Positions 1-7,488 of a stretch of DNA of 64,000 nt are shown here, in pieces. This DNA comes from a virus, in UHGV virus genome UHGV-1362809, one strand, 5' to 3'. Under the pieces are notes generated by a model, which was not told the DNA's origin, did not search any database, and worked only from the letters and a program-made list of their open reading frames with translations. The first letter of the stretch is position 1. Each line of letters starts with the position of its first letter. A program made the translations under genes and the position numbers.

Positions 1-5
1 AAACC

Positions 6-185
6 ATGATTACCGAATACCAACGTGAAGCACTCAAAGAGTGTCGTGAAAAAATCAAAGTGTACAACCAACAGTACCAAGACAGGTTAATCAGTACCGA
101 CGAATACTTGTACAAAATGGCGGATTTGTGGTTTAAACACAATTATGTGTTGCACGAAATCGAACAGGAACCTATCAACTTGTAA
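6..185 (+). CDS. hypothetical protein (59 aa; may extend upstream of window)
   Basis: ORF ending in TAA at 183-185; coherent amino-acid composition; frame is open to the window edge. Confidence 0.35.
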   Translation: MITEYQREALKECREKIKVYNQQYQDRLISTDEYLYKMADLWFKHNYVLHEIEQEPINL

Positions 186-305
186 TGGGAGGGGTGCGCA
201 ACACATTGGTTGCGCACCTACCTGTTCTTCAATTATATGTTGCACAACCAGTGTTGCATATAGCTAGACAAAAAATCGTGTTTAACCCACGAAAAGGAGA
301 AATTC

Positions 306-683
306 ATGAAGTTAGATTATAACTGGGTTAGTAAAGACGTATTAGACCACGTCGTATCGACCTTAGTGCGGGGCGGTGCCACGAAAAAAGAAGCTACATC
401 GTTCGGTGACACTGTGGTAAAACTAAACCACTTTATACATGACGATAAGACCACTCCCGAACCCTACAAATATCCTGAGGAGCACGTCGAATATACACCA
501 ATGGAAATGGTGTATTATCTTGATTACATTGACACAGTGTTTTACGATTGTGGCGCTGAAAACGCACCGTTTTTTGCAAAGTACGAAAAAGCCTTTTTAA
601 AGTTTAGCCTTAAATACGCACACTGGGCTTTGACGGGTACACAGGAATACGGTGACTTTATTAAACAGGTAGAGGGGCACTAA
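306..683 (+). CDS. hypothetical protein (125 aa)
   Basis: ORF with RBS aaaggagaaattc-ATG; no recognisable motif. Confidence 0.6.
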   Translation: MKLDYNWVSKDVLDHVVSTLVRGGATKKEATSFGDTVVKLNHFIHDDKTTPEPYKYPEEHVEYTPMEMVYYLDYIDTVFYDCGAENAPFFAKYEKAFLKFSLKYAHWALTGTQEYGDFIKQVEGH

Positions 684-684
684 C

Positions 685-912
685 ATGAAAAAACATTTTG
701 ACGAAATGACCCAGCAGGATTGGGAGGACTTAAAAGGTTTGTTTAAATGCAATTCCGCAAAATACGATGAATACATGGCTCGTATCGAAAACGGGTTTAA
801 AAGGGAACGTTCCAAGTTTATGAAGGGTCGCAAAAAACGTACTTGGGCAACCCCGATGTCGGAAGTTCAAGTCGTGTACCTTAAAAAACACCCGTGTTCT
901 AAATTCGCATAA
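685..912 (+). CDS. hypothetical protein (75 aa)
   Basis: ORF packed against previous gene (TAACATG junction). Confidence 0.5.
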   Translation: MKKHFDEMTQQDWEDLKGLFKCNSAKYDEYMARIENGFKRERSKFMKGRKKRTWATPMSEVQVVYLKKHPCSKFA

Positions 913-924
913 AAGGAGGATATC

Positions 925-1605
925 ATGTCAACGCACGCTAGAATTTATGTTGTTTCTAAAGGTCACCGCACCGTTAGACTGTATCGTCACTATGACGGTA
1001 ACCCCGAAGTCACCCATCTTGATTTGATTGACAAAGTATCAACGATTAAAGCCCGCACTCCTACTGAATGGGCTAAAAAGTTGGTGCATATTCCTACTGT
1101 TAATCCCTATATAGAACAGATTAAAGAGGAAACTGGTAAGTATCCTGATAACTACACCCCACATTCTGCCTACGGTGTCGTACCAAACAGTGACGCCGAT
1201 TTGGGCGAGGAATACCAGTACACCGTCAACTTAGATACAAAGGGTATCGGTTTTAAAAAACGTCCCTTTGATGATGTTCCGAAGCATACCTGCGATGACG
1301 TAGGCAGCAACCTTGGGTATTATGTGCAGTTGTGTGAAGAAGACTACACAGAGGGTATGGAAAAATTTAATCAAGACGCCTTAAAGTTTTTTGGGGTGGA
1401 TAACATTCAACACAAGGACCAGTTTTTGCATATTGCTAAGGACTACGCAATGTTAGAATACTGTGACTTGAATGATATGTCTTTACCTTTGTCTCCTGAC
1501 TACCAATTAGACGATGCAGGTGATATACAGGATTATCTCCGTATACTGCGGGATACCATGTGCGACCTTGCTTCGATATTTACGGGTGAATTAAAAGAGT
1601 ATTGA
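925..1605 (+). CDS. hypothetical protein (226 aa)
   Basis: ORF with RBS aaaggagga 7 nt upstream of ATG. Confidence 0.6.
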   Translation: MSTHARIYVVSKGHRTVRLYRHYDGNPEVTHLDLIDKVSTIKARTPTEWAKKLVHIPTVNPYIEQIKEETGKYPDNYTPHSAYGVVPNSDADLGEEYQYTVNLDTKGIGFKKRPFDDVPKHTCDDVGSNLGYYVQLCEEDYTEGMEKFNQDALKFFGVDNIQHKDQFLHIAKDYAMLEYCDLNDMSLPLSPDYQLDDAGDIQDYLRILRDTMCDLASIFTGELKEY

Positions 1606-1645
1606 CATTCCCCTTTGGGTATGGTATATTACATACATAATCAAA
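1602..1645 (+). promoter_or_regulatory. early-type sigma70-like promoter, copy 1 (TTGACA-N17-TATATT followed by conserved ACATACATAATCAAA box)
   Basis: ttgaca 1602-1607, 17-nt spacer, tatatt 1625-1630, then acatacataatcaaa; one of six near-identical copies. Confidence 0.7.
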
Positions 1646-1684
1646 CGGGGTAACCCAAACCCCACCAACCAAAGGAGCAACGTT

Positions 1685-1834
1685 ATGAATAAAATTGAAC
1701 AAATGGACAAAGTCGATATGTATATTGAAAAAGCGTGCAGTACCGTGTGGAAATGTATTGTATGGTTTGGCATGTTGAATTTTGCAGCCATGTTAGTTCG
1801 GTTTGCCTGGGCGTTGTACCTTGGTAAAATTTAA
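1685..1834 (+). CDS. small hydrophobic protein (49 aa)
   Basis: ATG 1685 preceded by aaaggagcaacgtt; hydrophobic C-terminal half; first gene after promoter copy 1. Confidence 0.4.
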   Translation: MNKIEQMDKVDMYIEKACSTVWKCIVWFGMLNFAAMLVRFAWALYLGKI

Positions 1835-1845
1835 TGGAGGTTGAC

Positions 1846-2310
1846 ATGAACGACTGGAGACAAATTCGGGTGGAACACACCCAGCAGGTTATTAAGCGGT
1901 ACGACCGCAAATATAATCGTCGTGTGGACCGTGAACTGTTAGACCGGGAGTATAATGCGGGGCAAGCTCGCAAGTGGTTTATGAAGGAAGTCGAACTTCT
2001 TAAGGTACTTCAAGTTAACTCTACCAATCCGAAAGTCAGAGTGATTAAGCAAGCTCCATTGAACAACTTTCAAATCAAGCATATTTCAAAACAGGAAAAC
2101 GGTATTGAAGTATTGCTTGTGAACACCAACAAAAAGCAGTATGATTGCAATTTGTACGTTGTACAAGTCAACAGGAACGAGATTTCTTTTAACCTTGCCA
2201 ACGTTAAGCGTCACACTGTTCACTGTATCGACCGTTTGAATATACAACCCATCAAGCCGTCGATTATGAAGAAGGCTATCAAACGGGTAGCCAAAAAGAT
2301 CAAGGGTTGA
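1846..2310 (+). CDS. hypothetical basic protein (154 aa)
   Basis: ATG 1846 with ggagg 4 nt upstream; ORF track start 1834 overlaps the previous stop. Confidence 0.55.
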   Translation: MNDWRQIRVEHTQQVIKRYDRKYNRRVDRELLDREYNAGQARKWFMKEVELLKVLQVNSTNPKVRVIKQAPLNNFQIKHISKQENGIEVLLVNTNKKQYDCNLYVVQVNRNEISFNLANVKRHTVHCIDRLNIQPIKPSIMKKAIKRVAKKIKG

Positions 2311-2362
2311 AAACCATAGCTTATATGGTTAAATTAGCACTAGATTATAGGAGTATTTTGAA

Positions 2363-3196
2363 ATGGCTAATTTGAATGAACGTGTTGCGAAAGCTTTGGA
2401 AGGATTGACCGCCGACCAGAAAAAGATGATTCTCAACGTTATCGGTTTGATTACGGTTCCCGAAAATGACCAGCCCACCGTGTTTGACCAAAACGACGAG
2501 GACAAAAAAGTTTTCAACATCGCTGAGCTGACGGGTAAACCCAAGGCTAAGAACGATGACGAAGAAGACGACATCGAAACTGAAGGTGAGGATGAAGAAG
2601 ACATCGAAACCGCTGATGATGACTACGACATCGAAGAAGATTTGGATTCTGACTCTGAAGGTGAGGACGATGACGGCGAAGAAGACGACGATGAAGAAGA
2701 CGAAAAACCTGTGAAAAAAGGTAAGGCAAAAGATGAATACGATTTTGACGATGACGTCGAAGATGACAGCGAAGACGACGGGGAAGACGATGACGGCGAA
2801 GATGACGAAGACGACGAACCCGTGAAGAAGAAAGCTTCCACAAAGAAACCCTCTTCTAAAAACGTTAAAAAAGTACCTGTTAAAAAGGTTAAGTTTGACG
2901 GTGAAGATTTGGACACGTGGACAGTTGACACCATCAAACAGGTTAAGAAATACATCAAGGACTCCTACGGTGTTTCTTTGACGGGTAAAAACGACAAAGT
3001 AATTATTAAGACCGCTAAGGAAGTGGATGAAAAAGTCAACGCCTATTATGAAACCCTTGAAAAGAAGAAAGACTCGGTTGTAATCAAAATGGCTGAAAAA
3101 CAGGGTATCAAGCTCAAAGGTCGTTCTGAAAAAACCAAAGCTGAAAACGCAAGAGACGAATTGTTGGGTGTTTTCATTGAAGAAAACTGGGGTTAA
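2363..3196 (+). CDS. highly acidic protein (277 aa; ~100-aa D/E-rich core, Lys-rich tail)
   Basis: Translation contains long D/E runs (EDDIETEGEDEEDIETADDDYDIEEDLDSDSEGEDDDGEEDDDEEDE...); low-complexity antisense ORFs on the - strand are artefacts of this region. Confidence 0.6.
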   Translation: MANLNERVAKALEGLTADQKKMILNVIGLITVPENDQPTVFDQNDEDKKVFNIAELTGKPKAKNDDEEDDIETEGEDEEDIETADDDYDIEEDLDSDSEGEDDDGEEDDDEEDEKPVKKGKAKDEYDFDDDVEDDSEDDGEDDDGEDDEDDEPVKKKASTKKPSSKNVKKVPVKKVKFDGEDLDTWTVDTIKQVKKYIKDSYGVSLTGKNDKVIIKTAKEVDEKVNAYYETLEKKKDSVVIKMAEKQGIKLKGRSEKTKAENARDELLGVFIEENWG

Positions 3197-3252
3197 AAAC
3201 TCAACGGGGTGGGAGGTTTACTTCCACCCCAGTCAACTAAGGGAGACTTAAA

Positions 3253-3525
3253 ATGGCTGAACTCAAAGTAAATGACATCATGGTTATTAAAGCCCTGTCG
3301 AAAAAGTGCAAAGACCGTACCCAATCCGTTATCAAAGTTGTTTCTTTCAACGACAAAGACCCCGTGTTGGTTAAACAAACTTATTATAAGGACAAGGAAA
3401 GCGGTAAATGGATGCCCGGCAAGTTGAGTGGTTTTACCTATGACGACTTGTTGTTTATCAAAAATAAGCAAGACCGTGCCGAATTGTTTGAAGCCCTTAA
3501 ACCCGATATGGAAGATGAGGACTGA
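3253..3525 (+). CDS. hypothetical protein (90 aa)
   Basis: RBS aagggagacttaaa-ATG. Confidence 0.55.
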   Translation: MAELKVNDIMVIKALSKKCKDRTQSVIKVVSFNDKDPVLVKQTYYKDKESGKWMPGKLSGFTYDDLLFIKNKQDRAELFEALKPDMEDED

Positions 3526-3526
3526 T

Positions 3527-3892
3527 ATGAAACTCAAAGCAGGGCTGTGGTATTATAACAAACAACAAGACTCTTTTTTGCAGTGTCGTTTTACCGAAGG
3601 AAAGGTTACTGTTCAAACATATAGCAGGATGTCAGACTCAGATTACAATGTTTATCAAGCAGAGGACGACCGAGTTTGTATTGATGACATTCCTGAAACG
3701 ATGACCAGAGGGTATAGACCTTTTGGTAAGCTCAAAGGTAAAGGATGTTTTGTCAAAGAGAACGGTAAAACTTTTTTGGTTATCCCTAGAACCGAGTTGT
3801 TCAGAGAGCGTATTAAAGAGCAACTTCCCAAAGGGTTTGACGAAAAGGTGTTTAAGCAGTTAGCATATGAATTTCCTGATATGCTGATGTAG
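3527..3892 (+). CDS. hypothetical protein (121 aa)
   Basis: ATG 3527 directly after the previous stop with gaggac upstream; the ORF track's longer 3428 start overlaps the upstream gene out of frame. Confidence 0.5.
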   Translation: MKLKAGLWYYNKQQDSFLQCRFTEGKVTVQTYSRMSDSDYNVYQAEDDRVCIDDIPETMTRGYRPFGKLKGKGCFVKENGKTFLVIPRTELFRERIKEQLPKGFDEKVFKQLAYEFPDMLM

Positions 3893-3896
3893 GAGA

Positions 3897-3929
3897 TAGG
3901 GTGACCCGTTATGGTCACCCTATTTTTTT
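3897..3929 (+). terminator. rho-independent terminator
   Basis: agggtgacccgttatggtcaccct hairpin followed by tttttttg. Confidence 0.7.
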
Positions 3930-3931
3930 GT

Positions 3932-3975
3932 TTGACTTTCTTATTCGGTTATGGTAAATTATATACATAATCAAA
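3932..3975 (+). promoter_or_regulatory. early-type promoter, copy 2
   Basis: ttgact 3932-3937, 17-nt spacer, taaatt, then atatacataatcaaaa. Confidence 0.65.
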
Positions 3976-4013
3976 AAGGGGTTGACACCCCACCAACAAA
4001 AAGGAGAAGTGTA

Positions 4014-4241
4014 ATGTTTACGGTAAAGAAATTGGCTAAATTGGTCGAAGGCGACAAGGTTTGTATTCAGTGGAAACAGGGAGGTAATTACCGTTGGTTT
4101 ACCGCTGAAGTGACGCAGGTTAAGCAGCGCATTATCAAAGTGATGTTTGAAGCTGAAAAGTTGACGATGTCTATTTCACTCACAACAGGTTTGGCGACAG
4201 GCAACAAATACAAAGGTGCCTTTGTGTACGCAACAAACTAA
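4014..4241 (+). CDS. hypothetical protein (75 aa)
   Basis: ATG 4014 preceded by aaaaggagaagtgta. Confidence 0.5.
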   Translation: MFTVKKLAKLVEGDKVCIQWKQGGNYRWFTAEVTQVKQRIIKVMFEAEKLTMSISLTTGLATGNKYKGAFVYATN

Positions 4242-4252
4242 GGGAGGCTACC

Positions 4253-4516
4253 ATGAAACTTGCTGATTTTGATAAATGGGATGAACTTAGAAAGAAGGCA
4301 GACGAAAACACTCAAAACAAGATTCCTGTTAAGGAGGGTGATTGTGTAGCGGCTATTGACGACACTATGTACCATTTTGAAACTTTGGGTAAAAGAGACG
4401 CCTTTATAATCGGGTTAGCTTTTGGAAATCCCATTGAAAAGGTTATGACTTTATCCTATAAACACGAGCCTCTGACCGAACAGAACAAACACCGATTAAA
4501 CGAAATACACTTGTAA
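4253..4516 (+). CDS. hypothetical protein (87 aa)
   Basis: RBS aagggaggctacc-ATG. Confidence 0.5.
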   Translation: MKLADFDKWDELRKKADENTQNKIPVKEGDCVAAIDDTMYHFETLGKRDAFIIGLAFGNPIEKVMTLSYKHEPLTEQNKHRLNEIHL

Positions 4517-4632
4517 AGGGAGGCTACCATTAAACTAATACGCATTGAGCCTCATCAGAGATTTGGGTAAGAGCAAAGGTATGTATGGTCGCTTGTACAG
4601 TGCATTGAAAGAGGCTGACAGAATAAAAAGAA

Positions 4633-4827
4633 ATGATGGTAAACTTATCTGAATATTTTGAACAATATCGTTTTGAACCAATTACTACTTATACAGTAGA
4701 TAAAATAAAACATGATTTGAATGAGATTGTTCCCGATTTTTATCCTAACTGGGCGGTTAGACTTTTTAACAACCCATTACAAATAGAAATTTCATACAAC
4801 GGGAAAATAGTTTGTGTTTTGAAGTAA
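4633..4827 (+). CDS. hypothetical protein (64 aa)
   Basis: ORF in an AT-rich stretch; weak RBS. Confidence 0.35.
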   Translation: MMVNLSEYFEQYRFEPITTYTVDKIKHDLNEIVPDFYPNWAVRLFNNPLQIEISYNGKIVCVLK

Positions 4828-4961
4828 TGGAATACTTTCAAAAATTCTTTTGATTTCCTTATTCATATCTTATAACATAATTATATGAAAGGGATAAAGA
4901 TAATCTGTAAAGTAGTCAATGACTCAAGAGGAGAAAAAGAAATAATGAAAGTGCAAACAAG

Positions 4962-5642
4962 GTGGAGGGAATGAACATGACTAAAGAACAAGTTAATGAT
5001 TACGAAGAATATGATGATGAAGACGAATACGAAGCTCCTATAAGAAAAACTATTCCAGAGCTCCTAAAATATATTGCTGAGATTAAAGGAAAAATTAAAA
5101 GGGGTTTGCTTTCTTTTTATAAGGAAATTAAACCTAAAGAAGATAAATATCATGGTGCAGACTATGATTATGACTGGATTTCCGAGGACATACTTGAAAT
5201 TGTCCAAGATATAGATAATGATAAACTAAAGAATGCTTATAAAAAATACAAGAAGTGGGAAAGCGAAGCAGAACTCATTAGTGATGAAGAAGAGTACAAT
5301 GAAGAGTATGCCGATGTTGATCTAATGATTCCTTTTGAAATTCAAGACTTACTTAGAGCGCTTCATGCTTGGACAGATAATTACTACTATGCTAAAAAGA
5401 AAGTCCAAGAAGAGAAAGATTATAAGTCAGCAGAGAAAAATTTAACCACTTTTGCTAAAAGTGGTACTCTAACTAAAGAAGAAGCAAACTGCATTACTCT
5501 TATTTTTAGTGAGGATGTTAAAAACTATAAATTCATGAAAGACTATATTGTAAATGTCTTGAATAAACTTATAGTAGAAAACTTGAACAATAGCATTGAG
5601 CAACACTTAATTTGGGCTGTACAGTATATAAAAGGTTTATAA
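4962..5642 (+). CDS. hypothetical protein with acidic N-terminus (226 aa)
   Basis: RBS ggtggagggaatgaac-ATG; DYEEYDDEDEYE stretch. Confidence 0.5.
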   Translation: MEGMNMTKEQVNDYEEYDDEDEYEAPIRKTIPELLKYIAEIKGKIKRGLLSFYKEIKPKEDKYHGADYDYDWISEDILEIVQDIDNDKLKNAYKKYKKWESEAELISDEEEYNEEYADVDLMIPFEIQDLLRALHAWTDNYYYAKKKVQEEKDYKSAEKNLTTFAKSGTLTKEEANCITLIFSEDVKNYKFMKDYIVNVLNKLIVENLNNSIEQHLIWAVQYIKGL

Positions 5643-5645
5643 TAC

Positions 5646-5690
5646 TTGACATGCTAAATTAGATATGATATAGTATATACATAATGAACA
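5646..5690 (+). promoter_or_regulatory. early-type promoter, copy 3
   Basis: ttgaca 5646-5651, 17-nt spacer, tatagt, then atatacataatgaaca. Confidence 0.6.
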
Positions 5691-5885
5691 TTGAAAACAA
5701 GGGAGAATAGTTATGACTCGTGCAAGTTAAAGCGGAAATCAGACATCTGGCAAACCATTATAGTTTTTATGGACGGTTGTTGGAAGCCTTAAATGAAGTA
5801 TCTGAAGAAGACCAGAATGCCTTTTATGACCAGTTTAAAGGCTGCAAAGACGAAATCGACCTTATTATGCAAGTGGAGGCATAGA

Positions 5886-6104
5886 ATGAATATCAAAATG
5901 AAAATGGGACGTTGGTATCGTCGTAAAAGTTGGGCTGCAGGTACAGCTATTTTGGTTGATACAATGGACAACAGACCTTCGTTTACGTTATACCGCAAGG
6001 GGCAACTGATTAAACGGGATTATCCTTTGATTGCGGACGACATATTTGCAACGGATTGGGTTGACCACAGCCGTTTTGCTATTCATTATAGGGGGTTGTT
6101 ATGA
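5886..6104 (+). CDS. hypothetical protein (72 aa)
   Basis: ATG 5886 with ggagg RBS. The upstream part of the track ORF 5793..6104 is more likely a separate small ORF in another frame (approx. 5720-5884, GTG start). Confidence 0.35.
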   Translation: MNIKMKMGRWYRRKSWAAGTAILVDTMDNRPSFTLYRKGQLIKRDYPLIADDIFATDWVDHSRFAIHYRGLL

Positions 6105-7042
6105 AGTCATGTTATAGAGGTGTACAAAAAAATGGATGCTTTTATGTTGTCAATGTGCCTAAGGTTCTCTTCCCTACAGTAGGAAAGTACAGTGTTTCTT
6201 TTAGAACAATAGAAGAGGCTATTAAACAAAAAGAGGAATGGCATAACCTTTATTGGGTGAAGACCCCCAACTCTGTTGATAATGAGGAAGACTACGGTAT
6301 AGATTGGTCTATTATTGAAAACCAGTTTGCTCAGTTAAAAGGTAAATCCTCTATAGATAGTTCCCTCTTAAAGGCTGTAAAGCAACAGCTGTTTGGTCTC
6401 GTATCCATAAATAGTAGATTTAGGTTTTATGTACACTTTCCCACCTGTACAAGGACTTATGCTTTGAGAACGGAAGACGATATTCCCTTAGTTAAAAATA
6501 CTTTGATTAAAGCTCACTATGATATAAGCAAAGGGAATCATATTAAGAGGGATAAGCTTAACATCAAGGCTTGTGAGGAATATAGAAAAGACTGCACCCA
6601 TATAGCTTTTACAGGTAAAAGTTATGTAGTGAGTTTACCTACGAGTATTCCTTCTGACCTTAAGATAAGTAAGACCAAGTTTGCAAAGTATGAGGACGCT
6701 AAAGCTCTAAGAGATTCCTTGGCGCATTATTATAAATGCACTCGTAATAGAGGTGGCTGTATTCCTTATTTTAGAGAATACTCTAAAGAAAAGAGTGACA
6801 GTTTACCTAATGACCTTGAAATAAAACTTGAAGCTCTTAAGTGTCTTGCACGCCCAGATACGGATACCCACTACGCAGAAGACGTTTATATTTTAAACGA
6901 AAAAGACCATACTTATCATCATCTTGGTCCTTGTTCCAAGTTTGAAATTTTGACAAGCATTGTTAAATGCGGAACTTCCGAGGTAGTGGTTTTGTCAAAG
7001 AGTGATGACCGAACTTACAAGGTTTTAAACATTCTCACCTAA
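6101..7042 (+). CDS. hypothetical protein (313 aa)
   Basis: Long ORF with ATGA overlap to the previous gene. Confidence 0.5.
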   Translation: MKSCYRGVQKNGCFYVVNVPKVLFPTVGKYSVSFRTIEEAIKQKEEWHNLYWVKTPNSVDNEEDYGIDWSIIENQFAQLKGKSSIDSSLLKAVKQQLFGLVSINSRFRFYVHFPTCTRTYALRTEDDIPLVKNTLIKAHYDISKGNHIKRDKLNIKACEEYRKDCTHIAFTGKSYVVSLPTSIPSDLKISKTKFAKYEDAKALRDSLAHYYKCTRNRGGCIPYFREYSKEKSDSLPNDLEIKLEALKCLARPDTDTHYAEDVYILNEKDHTYHHLGPCSKFEILTSIVKCGTSEVVVLSKSDDRTYKVLNILT

Positions 7043-7051
7043 CTAATGCAA

Positions 7052-7081
7052 ATGGGGTATCGAAAGGTATCCCATTTTTTG
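7052..7081 (+). terminator. rho-independent terminator
   Basis: tggggtatcgaaaggtatccca hairpin (two G-U pairs) followed by tttttt. Confidence 0.55.
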
Positions 7082-7082
7082 T

Positions 7083-7127
7083 TTGACATTCTCATTTTGG
7101 TATGGTATAGTTTACGCATAATCAAAC
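7083..7127 (+). promoter_or_regulatory. early-type promoter, copy 4
   Basis: ttgaca 7083-7088, 17-nt spacer, tatagt, then ttacgcataatcaaacg. Confidence 0.65.
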
Positions 7128-7156
7128 GTAAACGACCAACCCGAAGGAGAACAACC

Positions 7157-7276
7157 ATGATTAAACGAGGAAGAAAAATTCGCAGAAGAACAACCCCGAG
7201 ACTGTCAAACTATGTAGCTCAAGTGGAAAAATACTGCAAGGTAAAGAGCGTGGGTTTATTGACGTTGACCGTTTAA
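7157..7276 (+). CDS. small highly basic protein (39 aa)
   Basis: ATG 7157 after ccgaaggagaacaacc; Arg/Lys-rich. Confidence 0.3.
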   Translation: MIKRGRKIRRRTTPRLSNYVAQVEKYCKVKSVGLLTLTV

Positions 7277-7281
7277 CCCAG

Positions 7282-7476
7282 TTGACTTCCTTGTTTAACC
7301 CTTTACAAGGGAACGACTTTTACAACGTTGTGGATATTGTCACTTTGGCGTTTAGTCAAAGAAAGCTCATCGCACGAGTCAATGAAGATAACGTCGAGTT
7401 TGATACCTATCAGGACTACGGTAGTGCAATGAGCGATGTGTTTTACATTATAGCTAAAGACAAAGGGTTGGTTTAA
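7282..7476 (+). CDS. hypothetical protein (64 aa)
   Basis: ORF. Confidence 0.4.
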   Translation: MTSLFNPLQGNDFYNVVDIVTLAFSQRKLIARVNEDNVEFDTYQDYGSAMSDVFYIIAKDKGLV

Positions 7477-7488
7477 CAGGAGGAATCC

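Noticed and set aside
2329-2958. Three minus-strand ORFs (2329-2604, 2547-2843, 2623-2958), Ser- or Arg/Leu/His-rich
   Set aside because: They are antisense translations of the GAA/GAT-repeat region of the acidic gene. They are low-complexity and lack an RBS.
3428-3526. Longer 3428 start for the 3527-3892 gene
   Set aside because: It would overlap the upstream gene by 98 nt out of frame. ATG 3527 sits right after the stop with an RBS.
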